Shown here piece by piece: positions 18,129 through 28,264 of a stretch of 54,729 nucleotides of DNA. The number at the start of each line of letters is the position of its first letter. Positions within the stretch are counted from its first letter, which is position 1. The stretch spans positions 1-54,729 of the forward strand of contig BTUM01000054.1 of assembly GCA_045863235.1 (NCBI GenBank), given 5' to 3'. The translations under genes and the position numbers were made by a program. This stretch comes from Candidatus Xenobia bacterium (GTDB lineage: Bacteria > Vulcanimicrobiota > Xenobia > Xenobiales > QWHO01). The notes beneath the pieces were generated by a model, which was given only the letters and a program-made list of their open reading frames with translations, was not told the DNA's origin and did no database searches.

Positions 18129-20331
18129 CCCTTTGCTGGTTCGGCTGGCTCTGGTCCTGCTGGTTTCCTTCTCGGTCTTCTGCATCGAGCTCAATCTCTA
18201 CCACACGCTGGTCTTTCAATTCAGTCACGTGCAGGGCCTGCTGGGCATCTCCGTGACCCTGGTGGGCCTGGCCCTGGGAGCATGCCTGGCCGTCAGCCGG
18301 CCTTCCAGCCGGCCCGACCGCGCCACCGTGGTTGCCCTCTGGCTGCAGGGCGCAGGTCTCATCGCGGTGCCCTGGCTGCTGACCATGGCCGTCCCCGTGC
18401 CGCTCCTCCTGGCTCTGCTCAGCCTGCCGCTGGCTCCGGCCGGGTTTCTGCTCTCGCGTCTCTTCCAGGGGCCCCAGGTCAGCCAGCTCTATGCCGCCGA
18501 CCTGGTGGGGGCCGCCCTGGCGGCGGTCAGTTTCGGTTTTTGGCTGCCCCGGCTGGGTCAGGAGGGCTCCTTCCTGGCCATCGGCTGCCTGGTCCTGGGT
18601 CTGGCTCCTCTGTTGCCCTGGTGGCGCGGCCTCAGCCTGGTCCTGCTGGGCGCTGCCGTGGGCCTCTGCCTGACCCTGGGACCCGGGCTGAACTTCGCTC
18701 GCAGTCTGGCCTCAAGGCCTCAGGAGTTCCCCGGCAAGGTCTTCAACAAGATCCCCGGCAGCCTGGCTCGTCGCGAGGTGCTTCACTCTCGGGCCGATGT
18801 GGTCCAGCGGCTTGACATCACTCCTGACGAGGGCTTCCTCAACACCTGGTATGACGGCTATGCGGTGGACATCATCCGCGACAACGACGGCTACCCGATG
18901 GACCGTCGCCTGGGAGGCGGCCTGGGCAAGAAGTCCCCTCGCATGCTGATCATCGGTACTGCGGGTCAGGGAGTGCTCAAGCCGGCCAAGCTGCTGACCG
19001 GCGATCCGAAGCTCATCACGGGCCTGGAGATCAATCGGGCGGTGGTGGACCTGATGACGGGACCGCTCCGCGAGTACAGCCGCGATCCTTACCGTGACGT
19101 GCCCTTGCTGATGGTGGACGGACGGACCTATCTCGCCTCCACGCAAGAGCGCTTCGACATCATCACTCTGCTCAATACCTTCACGGTTCGCAACATCAGC
19201 CAGGCGGTCGTTCCCAACTATCTCCACAGCGAGGAGGGACTGGCCGCGGGGCTGGCCCGGCTCACCGACAACGGCTACCTGAGCCTGGAGGAGCGCAACC
19301 CTGATGGTCGCAGCCAGGCGGCTATCGACCGCTTCCTGGCCACGGTCATCTCGGCCCTGCGACGCTGTGGAGTCAGCGACCCCGCCCGCCATCTGGCCAT
19401 CTACGAGTGGTATGGCAGCGAGGACTCGGCCGCCAGTCGCAATCGCGATGACTTCTTCGTTCAGATCCTGGCCAAGCGCACTCCCTTCACTCCCGAGGAG
19501 ATCCAGTTTCTGCGCTGGTATGAAAAGCAGCCGCGCGAGATCCCTCTCAACTCGGACCATCCCTTCAAGGGACTGCCCCACATCCAGCTGGTCTACCTTC
19601 CCGATCAGAGCCTTCAGGGCCGCTACGCCCGGCTGGTGAACAGTCGCCTGATTGCTCAGCGAACGGCCACCGACGATCGCCCCTACCTGCTCGGAGCTCG
19701 CGAGCGAGCCGAGGTTCAGCGCCAGCTGATCCGCCACAGCAGCCTGCTCTGCGCTTTCTTGCTGGTTCCCCTGGTGTTACTGGTCCGGGCGGGCCAGGCC
19801 GGCCGGGAGGCGCTGGCGGTCTCTCTGGCCGGCTTTGCCAGCGGCCTTCTGCAGGCGGTGCTGGTGGGGCGGATGCAGCTCTGGCTGGGCACCCCCGGGC
19901 TGGCTCTGCCCGTGGTCGTTGGCGGGCTGCTGGTGCTCAGTGGGGCGGGCAGCTTCTTCTTGAGCCCGCGCGCGCGCGCCAAGCTGGGGCTGGCGCTGGG
20001 CATCCTGGCAGGTTACTTCGCCCTGTGGTGGATCTGGGTCCACGGCCTGCAGATGGTGGCGGGCTGGAGCTTGACCGGTCGGGTGCTGGCCACCCTCGCA
20101 GCCCTGGCACCCCTGGCGCTGGTCTCGGGCTACATCCTGCCCCGCGCCACCCGCGAGCTCGACCTGACCGAAAGCCCGGGCCTGGCCTCGCTCCTGTTTG
20201 CCCTGGGCTCGGCAGCGGCCGCGGTGGCCGTTCCCGTGGCGCTGGTCCTGTCGATCCAGCAGGGGATGGGCCTGGTCTACTGGCTCTCCTCGGCCGTTTC
20301 GCTGGCTTCGGTGCTGGCCTTGCGCCGCTGA
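18112..20331 (+). CDS. membrane protein with central spermidine-synthase-like SAM-binding domain
   Basis: TM bundles at both ends, LYAADLVGAA; LIIGTAGQG, GLEINRAVV, VDGRTYL...RFDII. Confidence 0.75.
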   Translation: MAGKASPLLVRLALVLLVSFSVFCIELNLYHTLVFQFSHVQGLLGISVTLVGLALGACLAVSRPSSRPDRATVVALWLQGAGLIAVPWLLTMAVPVPLLLALLSLPLAPAGFLLSRLFQGPQVSQLYAADLVGAALAAVSFGFWLPRLGQEGSFLAIGCLVLGLAPLLPWWRGLSLVLLGAAVGLCLTLGPGLNFARSLASRPQEFPGKVFNKIPGSLARREVLHSRADVVQRLDITPDEGFLNTWYDGYAVDIIRDNDGYPMDRRLGGGLGKKSPRMLIIGTAGQGVLKPAKLLTGDPKLITGLEINRAVVDLMTGPLREYSRDPYRDVPLLMVDGRTYLASTQERFDIITLLNTFTVRNISQAVVPNYLHSEEGLAAGLARLTDNGYLSLEERNPDGRSQAAIDRFLATVISALRRCGVSDPARHLAIYEWYGSEDSAASRNRDDFFVQILAKRTPFTPEEIQFLRWYEKQPREIPLNSDHPFKGLPHIQLVYLPDQSLQGRYARLVNSRLIAQRTATDDRPYLLGARERAEVQRQLIRHSSLLCAFLLVPLVLLVRAGQAGREALAVSLAGFASGLLQAVLVGRMQLWLGTPGLALPVVVGGLLVLSGAGSFFLSPRARAKLGLALGILAGYFALWWIWVHGLQMVAGWSLTGRVLATLAALAPLALVSGYILPRATRELDLTESPGLASLLFALGSAAAAVAVPVALVLSIQQGMGLVYWLSSAVSLASVLALRR

Positions 20332-21398
20332 CTGATCTCGTCCCAGGCCACCCCGATGGTCATGCAGGTCAGGACCAGGGCCACTCCGCACCAGCGGGCG
20401 GTCACAGCCGGAAGGCTCTGCAGGGAGTGCAGGCCGAGCCCCACGACCGCGAACAGGATCGTGAAGTGCAAGTTGAACTGCAGCAGTGATCCCCGACCCA
20501 TCGTCTCGAGCACCGCCCAGCGGGGCGAGGGCTCGCGCTCGACTCCGAGCACGGCAAAGAAAGCCGTCAGGTAGAGGAGCGCATACGATGTCGTCCAGGC
20601 CAGGTAGGCCAGCTTCGGTGGATGCTTCCAGGAGAAGAGCACCGCTTTCAGGTTCTCGGCCATCGCAGTCCCGGTTATGGCCAGGAAGATACCAAACAAG
20701 ATGCCGGAAGCTCCCATACAGACCAGCATGACGCGCAAGCGGCCGCCGCGGGCAAGTCGCGGGTAGTGCTCGCCGAGCAGCATCCCGAGCAGAACAGGCA
20801 AGAGCCAGGGCAGCACGGGGAAGACGTAGTAGCCCTGGCGGCCCACCAGGATGGCCTGCAGGATGGAGCTCTGCCAGGGCGTGCTCTGCCAGCTGGCCGT
20901 CAGCCAGGCCACGCTGACCACGAACAGGGCCTTGCCCCACCAGGGGATCCGTCGCCAGAGCCACAGCCCGGGCGGGGCCAGCAGGAGAACGATGGCGTAG
21001 AAGTTGAGGATCTCCACCCACTGGCCCAGCCAGCGATATTGCAGGGCCATCTTCATGGCAGTGACGTTCTTGCCCAGGGCGGCCAGCTCGAGCACCACCA
21101 GCAGCTTGTAGGAGAGGAAGACCAGGAGACAGCGCCACCAGAGGCGGCGAGCCACGCGTTCGAAGCTCAGGGTGCGGTCGGGGTTGATGTAGAGCACCCC
21201 CAGCATGAAGCCGAAGCAGAGGAAGAAGAGGGAGGGAGCTGCCTTGGCGATCAGCCAGGTCCACCAGTCGAACTGGCCCGGCTCGAGCTCCATGGCGGAT
21301 TTGGAAACGGTCAGGCGGAAGCCATGGTTGAAGAGCATGTAGACCAGCGCCAGCCCCCGACAGGCATCCACGGCCCGGTAGCGGGGTTTGGAAACCAT
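20277..21398 (-). CDS. heparan-alpha-glucosaminide N-acetyltransferase/DUF1624/OpgC-like membrane acyltransferase
   Basis: RYRAVDACRGLALVYMLFNH, FPVLPW, KHPP, MGRGSL..FNLH. Confidence 0.75.
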   Translation of the reverse strand: MVSKPRYRAVDACRGLALVYMLFNHGFRLTVSKSAMELEPGQFDWWTWLIAKAAPSLFFLCFGFMLGVLYINPDRTLSFERVARRLWWRCLLVFLSYKLLVVLELAALGKNVTAMKMALQYRWLGQWVEILNFYAIVLLLAPPGLWLWRRIPWWGKALFVVSVAWLTASWQSTPWQSSILQAILVGRQGYYVFPVLPWLLPVLLGMLLGEHYPRLARGGRLRVMLVCMGASGILFGIFLAITGTAMAENLKAVLFSWKHPPKLAYLAWTTSYALLYLTAFFAVLGVEREPSPRWAVLETMGRGSLLQFNLHFTILFAVVGLGLHSLQSLPAVTARWCGVALVLTCMTIGVAWDEISQRRKASTEASETAEESQ

Positions 21399-21480
21399 GG
21401 CCGGAAACTTCGGCCCGGTTCGTCGGCAGCCTTCTCCGGCTGTGAGAGGTCTTCAGGGGAAGCGCTTGAACCCCTGTGGG

Positions 21481-22422
21481 ATGGATCTCGGCCTGCAGCT
21501 CGTCAATTTCGCCTTTGGCGGCGAGGCTGCCGCCGCTTTACGCTCGATCGGGACGCGGGCCGAGAGGGCCGGATTCAGCAGCCTCTGGGTCACCGACCAC
21601 CTGCTGCAGATCCCCTTCGTCGGCCCTCCCGAGGCCGATACCCTGGAGGCCTTCGGCCTGCTCTCCTACCTGGCTGGCGTTACCGAGCGCGTACAGCTCG
21701 GGGTTCTGGTGGCCGGAGTCACGTTCCGCAACCCGGGCGTCCTGGTCAAGTCGGTGACGACCCTGGACCACCTTTCGGGAGGGAGGGCCTGGCTGGGCCT
21801 GGGGGCGGCCTGGTTCGAGCGCGAGCACCGCGCTCTGGGGATCGAGTTCCCGCCCGTCAAGGAGCGCATGGAGCTGTTGGAGGAGACCCTGCAGATCGCC
21901 CACCAGATGTGGTCTGGGCAGGTCGGTCCTTATCGCGGCAAGCACTACGAGCTGGCCGAGACCCTCTGTCGTCCTTTGCCCCTGCAACGGCCCCATCCCC
22001 CGATTCTGGTCGGAGGGGGAGGCGAGCAGCGAACCCTGGCGCTGGTGGCCCGCTATGCCCGGGCGTGCAATCTGATGCGCTACGCCGGCCGCAAGGCGCT
22101 GGCCCGCAAGCTTGCCGTACTGGACGCCCACTGCCAGAGTCTGGGTCGCGACCCGAAGAGTGTCGAGAAGACGGTGACGGTGAGCCTCAAAGAGGCTCCG
22201 CGCTTCAGTGGGGAGGGAGCCAAGAGCCTGAGCGAGCTGTTGGAGGACATGCACATGCTGTCCGAGATGGGCTTTGATACCCTGATCTACAACTGCCTCT
22301 ATGCCCACGAGCCGTGGGCCCTGGAGGTCGTGGCCGAGCACCTGGCCCCGGCCGCCCGACGCCTGCCGGGTTTCCTGGACGGGAAGAAAGCTGCCAGCTC
22401 TGCGTCGAATCACTCATTATGA
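21481..22422 (+). CDS. LLM class F420-dependent oxidoreductase
   Basis: GFSSLWVTDHLLQI, FRNPGVLVK..TTLDHLSGGRAWLGLGAAWFEREH, PPILVGGGGE. Confidence 0.9.
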   Translation: MDLGLQLVNFAFGGEAAAALRSIGTRAERAGFSSLWVTDHLLQIPFVGPPEADTLEAFGLLSYLAGVTERVQLGVLVAGVTFRNPGVLVKSVTTLDHLSGGRAWLGLGAAWFEREHRALGIEFPPVKERMELLEETLQIAHQMWSGQVGPYRGKHYELAETLCRPLPLQRPHPPILVGGGGEQRTLALVARYARACNLMRYAGRKALARKLAVLDAHCQSLGRDPKSVEKTVTVSLKEAPRFSGEGAKSLSELLEDMHMLSEMGFDTLIYNCLYAHEPWALEVVAEHLAPAARRLPGFLDGKKAASSASNHSL

Positions 22423-22829
22423 ACGCTCGCTCGCGCCTGCCCGACCTGCTCTTTCTGGTGACGGCCACCGCCCTGGCGCTCTGGTTCGTGCTGCCGCGGA
22501 CCGTGCCGCCGGTACCTCCCGAAAAGCTCCTGCTCGGCACCTGGGAGATGTGGGACAAGGACGAGCGCATCCGGGTGACGTTTCGCGAGGGTCAGATCCT
22601 GGAAGTGCAAGAAGATGACGATGGCAGGGTGGAGAGAGCCCGGTATCAGGTCGACTTCTCGGTCACGCCAGCCCATTTCGATCTCTGGCCCGAGGGTGAC
22701 CGAGACAGCATTCAGACCATCCTCGAGCTCACGCCCGAGGGCAAGCTGCGCATCTCGGACAACAACCCGGGCTCTCCTCGCCCGACCGCTTTCAAGCAGA
22801 AGGCGTACCTCTTCACCCGGGTCGAGTAG
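22419..22829 (+). CDS. TIGR03067-like domain exported protein
   Basis: N-terminal TM; LLGTW, YQVDFSVTPAHFDL, LRI...PGSPRPTAF. Confidence 0.55.
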   Translation: MNARSRLPDLLFLVTATALALWFVLPRTVPPVPPEKLLLGTWEMWDKDERIRVTFREGQILEVQEDDDGRVERARYQVDFSVTPAHFDLWPEGDRDSIQTILELTPEGKLRISDNNPGSPRPTAFKQKAYLFTRVE

Positions 22830-22846
22830 GCCTACACTCCCGCGCC

Positions 22847-25411
22847 TTAAGGCAAAACCGTCCGGCGACGGATGTCGTGGGCGGCGCGCTTGAAGTCGTC
22901 CGGCTGGAAGTTCATGCCGATCCAGCTGTAGGTCACCCGAGCCAGCACCACGCTGCCGTCGGGGTCGTGCAGGGCGCCGTACCAGGCCATTCCCTGGGCC
23001 CCGCGCCGGTCGAGGTGCACCAGATCCACCCCTTCGTGAGTCAACCTGGTCCAGTTGCGCTTCAAGCTGGTCTCGGCAGCCCGGCGCAGCCGGGGCGCGC
23101 TCGAGCCAGCGGTCACCTGAATTTCCAGCCGGCTCTCGCCAAAGGGCTCGTTGCGGCGGAAAGAGATGGAGCCGGACTTGGAGGTCCAGCGCGGACGGCT
23201 GCCCCGGTAGTCGGGGGGCACGAACACTTCCATTCCCAGCTCAGGCATGACCACGTGGGTGCTGCCGTCCTCCAGCTTCTGCACCTCGGGGGCGGGGCCC
23301 AGGCCTGATTCTGGCTCGTCCTGGGGTTTCGGCCGCGCCTGGGGGTAGCTCGGCTTGAGCGGGATGTTCTGGGTGGGCTCCACCCGCGGCTTGGGAGTGG
23401 GCTTGGGGCTCGGTTTGATGACCGCCTTGGAGGGGCTGGGCCGGGGGTTCAGGGCCACCGGGGGAGGGGCCTCGCGAAGCGTCGCGGTCGGGCTGGGCGT
23501 GGTCAGGGCCAGGCTGGGGCTGGGGCTGGGGCTCACCGGGGCGGCGGGCTTGCTGGACATGCGGCCGGCCGTGAAGGCCAGCAGCATGAAGAGCACCACG
23601 CCACCTACCTGGAGCGCCCGGGGAGGGATCGAGAGGCGGCGGTCGACTTGAGGCGGCTCGACTGGAGCGAGGCTTTCGGGCGGCGCGTCCATCACCAGGG
23701 TCTGGTCCATCGAGGCCATGGCCTCGAGAGTCTGCGCTTCGATGACGGGCGGGCTGGGGAGTTCCTGCGCGGGTGGGAGGGGAGAAGGTGCAGGCGGGGC
23801 CGGACTGGCTGCGGGTGGAGTGAGACCGGCTTGCGGGGCTGGCAGGGGGGGAGCTGCGGGTGCAGGGCTGAGACCGGCGTGCGGGGCTGGCAGGGGGGGA
23901 GCTGCGGGTGGAGGGGTGAGACCGGCTGGCAGGGGGGGAGCTGCGGGTGCAGGGCTGAGACCAGCTTGCGGGGCTGGCAGGGGGGAAGCTGCGGGTGGAG
24001 CGGTGAGACCAGCGTGCGGGGCTGGCAGCGGTGAAGGCGTTGGAGCCGGGCTGGCCTGAGCCAGACCAGCTTGCGGGGCAGGCAGCGGGGAAGTTGCGGG
24101 TGGAGCCGGGCTGGCCTGCGCCAGACCAGCTTGCGGTGCTGGTAGCGGGGAAGTTGCGGGTGGAGCCGGGCTGGCCTGCGCCAGGCCAGCTTGCGGGGCT
24201 GGCAGCCGGGAAGGCGCGGGTGGAGGACCCGCTTGCGGGGCTGGCAGCCGGGAAGGCGCGGGTGGAGGACCCGCTTGCGGGGCTGGCAGCGGGGAAGTTG
24301 CGGGTGGAGCCGGGCTGGCCTGAGCCAGACCAGCTTGGGGGGCTGGCAGCCGGGAAGGCGCGGGTGGAGGGCTGGCCTGAGCCAGACCGGGCTGCCCGGC
24401 CGGACCGGCCTGCGCGGCTCCAAACGGGAAAGGTGCGGGCGGTCGGGATTGCGGTGGCGGCGCCTGGGATGGGGAAGGTTGGCCCTGCTCGATGGACAAC
24501 GAGGGCGCAACGGGCCCGGCCGGCTCGGACGGGGCGGTGGGAGCGGGCCGGGGCGGAGCGGCGGGAGCAGGCTGCTCGGTGGGAGCGGGCGGCGAGAGCT
24601 CGGGAGCAGAGGGAGCAGAGTCGAGGGACAACGCGTCCGGGGCCGGCTGCGCCTCGGTGGGAGCGACCAGAGATGCTCGTGGGGCCTGGGATGCGGGCCG
24701 CTTCTCCAGCCACTCGCCCAGGGCCAGTCGCATCTCCACGGCGCTGCCAAAGCGCTCGGCCGGGTCGACGGCACAGGCCCTGGCGACCAGCCTGGCCAGC
24801 CTCTCATCCACTCCGGTCAGAGGTGAGACGCCCAGCCCATCCGGCTCGAGCCCCGAGAGCAGCTGGTGCATAATGACCCCGACGGCATACAGGTCGTGGC
24901 CTGGCTCGTGCCGCCCGGCTACCTGCTCGGGCGGGGCGTAGACCGAGCGCACCGCCTCCGGGTCGAAGCTGCGAGCCAACCCGAGCCCCACCAGCACGAG
25001 GTTCTGAGTGCCCTTCTGGCGGATCAGGTTGGCCGGCTTGACATCGCCGTGCACGGTGGGCGGGTTCAGCCCGTGCAGGAACTCGAGGGGCTCGAGGGCT
25101 TCCACGGCCAGGCGCACCACCTCGTCCGGGCCGGGCCTGCGGGTCATCAGCTCAACCAGGCTCTCCCCGTTCACATAGTCCGAGACCAGGTAGCACACCC
25201 CGTCCTCCACCGTCAGGTCGCGCACCAGCGGTACGCACGGGTGGTTGAGGCGAGCCAGGAGGTAGTTCTCGGCCATGAACTCCTCGAGCTTGAAGTGCCG
25301 GATCGCCTTGATGGCGCAGGGGGTCTGGCTGGCGCTGTCCTCCCCCAGGTAGACCGAGCCACCCAGGTGGCGCACCACCTGGTACTTTGCGCTGATCGAC
25401 TGGCCTGGCAT
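22847..25411 (-). CDS. Ser/Thr kinase-like membrane protein with long Pro-rich linker (possible pseudokinase)
   Basis: CAIK, HGDVKPANL, YAPPEQ, DLYAVG; DFG replaced by GLG; TM VGGVVLFMLLAF. Confidence 0.85.
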   Translation of the reverse strand: MPGQSISAKYQVVRHLGGSVYLGEDSASQTPCAIKAIRHFKLEEFMAENYLLARLNHPCVPLVRDLTVEDGVCYLVSDYVNGESLVELMTRRPGPDEVVRLAVEALEPLEFLHGLNPPTVHGDVKPANLIRQKGTQNLVLVGLGLARSFDPEAVRSVYAPPEQVAGRHEPGHDLYAVGVIMHQLLSGLEPDGLGVSPLTGVDERLARLVARACAVDPAERFGSAVEMRLALGEWLEKRPASQAPRASLVAPTEAQPAPDALSLDSAPSAPELSPPAPTEQPAPAAPPRPAPTAPSEPAGPVAPSLSIEQGQPSPSQAPPPQSRPPAPFPFGAAQAGPAGQPGLAQASPPPAPSRLPAPQAGLAQASPAPPATSPLPAPQAGPPPAPSRLPAPQAGPPPAPSRLPAPQAGLAQASPAPPATSPLPAPQAGLAQASPAPPATSPLPAPQAGLAQASPAPTPSPLPAPHAGLTAPPAASPLPAPQAGLSPAPAAPPLPAGLTPPPAAPPLPAPHAGLSPAPAAPPLPAPQAGLTPPAASPAPPAPSPLPPAQELPSPPVIEAQTLEAMASMDQTLVMDAPPESLAPVEPPQVDRRLSIPPRALQVGGVVLFMLLAFTAGRMSSKPAAPVSPSPSPSLALTTPSPTATLREAPPPVALNPRPSPSKAVIKPSPKPTPKPRVEPTQNIPLKPSYPQARPKPQDEPESGLGPAPEVQKLEDGSTHVVMPELGMEVFVPPDYRGSRPRWTSKSGSISFRRNEPFGESRLEIQVTAGSSAPRLRRAAETSLKRNWTRLTHEGVDLVHLDRRGAQGMAWYGALHDPDGSVVLARVTYSWIGMNFQPDDFKRAAHDIRRRTVLP
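23800..24390 (-). repeat. intragenic Pro/Ala tandem repeats (units up to 60 bp, e.g. SPLPAPQAGLAQASPAPPAT)
   Basis: Recurring gcttgcggggctggcag and gcgggtggag blocks; boundaries approximate. Confidence 0.85.
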
Positions 25412-25517
25412 CAACGGCACCTTGATGCGTTCGGCAGGCAGAAACCCAACCCTGGTTTACAGCAGCAGGCCGCAGGCAGGGGAGGCGCCACGCCAGAAAT
25501 CACCTCCGCCTTCGGGC

Positions 25518-26042
25518 CTACCTGCTCGGAGGCAGACCAGGGCCTGCCCGGTCCAGCAGCTGGCTCGTGTCGTCCCAGTGCTCTGGAATCTGGGGGCACT
25601 CATCGGGAGCGGGACCGTAATGGTCGATGTCAGGCTCCAGGGGCTCGGGCGGCCTGGGAGGGGGCCTCGGCGGGTAGCCGAACCGACCCAGCGCTTTCAG
25701 AAGCTTGACCAGCTCGCTCAAGGACTCCGACCCTGTCAGCTGTACATGAATCGCGGATCCAGTCGCACGTTCTGCCGCGACTCCAAGGCCGGCAAATCGG
25801 CACTTGGCGAACCGATGCTGGAGGTCCCGCACAGTGTCGACCGGGACGCCGAGCGCAAACGCCGTCTGCTCGTTGTTCTCCCCTTGAGCCCCCCGGAGCA
25901 CGGACTTCGCCGCCGTTACGTGCGAAGGGTCCGACTTCGGGTCGCCGGCGATGTGTCGCAGCCTGCGCAACTCGTAAGAAGTAAGCCTGAGCCGGGGCTC
26001 GGATTGCGCCGTCGTCGCAAGTTTTCCTGTCAGGATGACCAT
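25518..26042 (-). pseudogene. chimeric ORF: IS630-like HTH fragment joined to the IS91-like transposase C-terminal tail
   Basis: LRLTSYELRRL...AQGENNEQTAFALGVPVDTVRDLQHRF...AGL, then ELVKLLKALGRFGYPPRPPP shared with the 26666 copy. Confidence 0.5.
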
Positions 26043-26142
26043 CTACGCGCGGCGCCGACCAAACTGTTGGTTTGTAGAGGCTCTATGAGCTGCACTCGAG
26101 CTGCGAGGCTCGGTCGGGGCAGTGGTACGCCCTGTCCGCCTA

Positions 26143-26151
26143 TGGTATAAT
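26143..26151 (+). promoter_or_regulatory. extended -10 promoter of hicAB
   Basis: TGgTATAAT, a perfect TGn-TATAAT, ending 29 nt before the hicA ATG. Confidence 0.65.
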
Positions 26152-26179
26152 GGCTCCGTGGAGTTCGCGGCAGTGAATC

Positions 26180-26374
26180 ATGCCCCGTAAAGTACGAGAG
26201 CTGATTCGGGACCTTGAGCAAGCGGGCTTTGTCGACCGGGGCGGCAAGGGAAGTCATCGGAACTTCGAGCATCCTGGCGGAATCCGGGTGACCATTTCGG
26301 GTCAACCTGGCGACGACGCAAAGCCTTACCAGGAGCGGGAAGTAAAGCGAGTTATTGAGGAGTCGCGAGAGTGA
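26180..26374 (+). CDS. hicA: HicA family toxin (mRNA interferase)
   Basis: ELIRDLEQAGF...GKGSHRNFEHP...VTI; 64 aa. Confidence 0.92.
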   Translation: MPRKVRELIRDLEQAGFVDRGGKGSHRNFEHPGGIRVTISGQPGDDAKPYQEREVKRVIEESRE

Positions 26375-26601
26375 AAGACAGCGCTCAATACATTAAGCTC
26401 GTCGAATGGTCAGACGAGGATCAGTGCTTTGTGGGCCAATGCCCTGGCATCATCGGGCCCTGCTGTCATGGGCTGGACGAGACCGAAGTGTACCGGGAGC
26501 TGTGTAAGATCGTCGACGAGTGGGTCGAGACAATGAAGCAATCAGGCAATGTTTTGCCGCCACCCACTGCCGGCCGGGACATTGCCAGACAAATTTGCTA
26601 A
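26371..26601 (+). CDS. hicB: HicB family antitoxin (short form)
   Basis: VEWSDEDQCFVGQCP...CHG...W...G..LPPP; GTGA overlap with hicA. Confidence 0.85.
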   Translation: MKDSAQYIKLVEWSDEDQCFVGQCPGIIGPCCHGLDETEVYRELCKIVDEWVETMKQSGNVLPPPTAGRDIARQIC

Positions 26602-26665
26602 ACTGGCGTCAGGGTGCGCAGGTCGCTCTGGCATGTGATCGGCAGATGGAATGCTCGGTGAAGCA

Positions 26666-27178
26666 GGCTCGGGCGGCCTGGGAGGGGGCCTCGCCGGGTA
26701 GCCGACCCGACCCAGCGCTTTCAAAAGCTTGACCAGTTCGAGCCGCTCGAGGACGGCGCGGCTTCTGCTCATGCGCTTCCCGCAGCGGGGACACAGCTCC
26801 GGGCCCACTTGAAGCACTCTCGCCGCCCAGCGGCCCCGGCCTTCTCGACATTCTCTTGTCTGCGGCTGAGGTGACCCGTGGGGTTGGCGAACCAGCCGTG
26901 ATAGGAGACGTTTCGTTGTCTGGCTTTGGGAATGTGCTGAGCCAGGTCGGCCAGAAAGTGGATGGCGTGGGGCCAGGTCTTGACATCACCGTCGGAGTCC
27001 CGGTAGCGGACCTGACCGCTGGCCTCGTCGTCGTCCAGGCGCTTGAGGCACAAGGGAGCTCGCATCACGTAGCGGACCAGACTACGCAGCCGCTCTCGGT
27101 CCTCGCCCTGGACGACCGGGCCGACATAGACGTTGAAGCCGGAGCGCGCCAAAGGCCAGCTCTGCATCTTCACAAGAG
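26666..27178 (-). pseudogene. IS91-family (Y2) transposase 3' fragment, frameshifted
   Basis: SGFNV, LVRYVMRAPL, FLADLAQHIP...VSYHGWFAN, then after a frameshift near 26850 WAARVLQVGPELCPRCGKRM. Confidence 0.8.
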
Positions 27179-27295
27179 GCAGGCCGCAAGCAGGGGAGCG
27201 CCCCACGACTCCAGAAACTGCCCCGCCTTCGGGCCGGGAACTTCTTGCCAAGTCGCATCGGTCCAACTGACACAACTGGAAATCCGAGGTGACCC

Positions 27296-28264
27296 ATGGC
27301 CCATCCCGCCCTCGAGGCCGTCCCCCTTTCCGAGCAACTGGGGGTGACACTGTCTGGTTCGGGCCCGCTCAGCCAGGTGCAAGAAGAGGAGGTCTGGAGC
27401 GGGCTCAAACAGCACGGCGCCGTGCTGCTGCGCGGCTTCAAGCCTTCCACCGAGGAGTTCAAAGCCTTCACCGACCGCCTCTGTCACGACTTCTCCGACT
27501 ACAAGGCCGGGGGCATGCGGATCGGGGCCCTGAACCGGCAGGCGGTCGACAACGACAAGACCTTGCTCACGGTCACGGGCCACACTCAGGGCTTTGCCAT
27601 GGCTCTGCACGGGGAGATGTACTACCTGCCCGTGCGCCCTCGCATTCTCTGGTTTTACTGCCAGCGCCCCCCGACCGATGGCGGGGGCCAGACCACCCTG
27701 GCCGACGGGGCCCGGCTGTGGGAGGCCTTCTCACCCGAGCTGAGGAGCTTTTTCGAGCAGAACCGGCTGGCCTACCATCGCAACCTGATGGATGGCGACT
27801 GGCAGACGACCTACCTGACCGAGGACTTCGAAGAAGCCCGCAAGCTGGCTGAGAGCCAGTGCGACTCGGTCATCGCCCATCCCGAGGAGCGGCGGCTCGA
27901 GACCCGCTCGGTGTTCGACGCCACCCTGACCGGGCCGGCCGGTGAGAAGATCTTCATCAACAACATGGCCACCGTCTGGATGGCCGAATGGGCTTTCGAG
28001 AGCGGCTGGATCAAGGAGAACGTGGGCTCCATCCAGGCCGCCACCTGTCCCATGGTGGTGCGCACTGAGCAGGGCGAGCGCATCAGCGCCAGCCTCATCG
28101 AAGAGTTGAACGAGACGGCCGAGAAGCTGACCGTGGAGGTGAACTGGCAGGAAGGGGACGTGGTCATGGTCGACAACGCCCGCATCATGCACGGCCGGCG
28201 CGAGGCGCGCGACAAGAACCGCTCCATCCTGATCCGGATGGGCGAGCCGCGGAGACCGCTGTGA
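27296..28264 (+). CDS. TauD/TfdA family Fe(II)/2-oxoglutarate dioxygenase
   Basis: HGAVLLRGF, LHGEMYY (HxE), GGQTTLADG, WQEGDVVMVDN.RIMHGR. Confidence 0.9.
   Translation: MAHPALEAVPLSEQLGVTLSGSGPLSQVQEEEVWSGLKQHGAVLLRGFKPSTEEFKAFTDRLCHDFSDYKAGGMRIGALNRQAVDNDKTLLTVTGHTQGFAMALHGEMYYLPVRPRILWFYCQRPPTDGGGQTTLADGARLWEAFSPELRSFFEQNRLAYHRNLMDGDWQTTYLTEDFEEARKLAESQCDSVIAHPEERRLETRSVFDATLTGPAGEKIFINNMATVWMAEWAFESGWIKENVGSIQAATCPMVVRTEQGERISASLIEELNETAEKLTVEVNWQEGDVVMVDNARIMHGRREARDKNRSILIRMGEPRRPL

Larger units (their letters stand above)
25465..27235. mobile_element. degenerate IS91-like mosaic carrying hicAB, bounded by ~55-bp direct repeats
   Basis: Repeat A at 25465-25518 and 27179-27235; repeat B (71 bp) at 25642-25712 and 26666-26736; transposase fragments inside. 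Confidence 0.65.
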
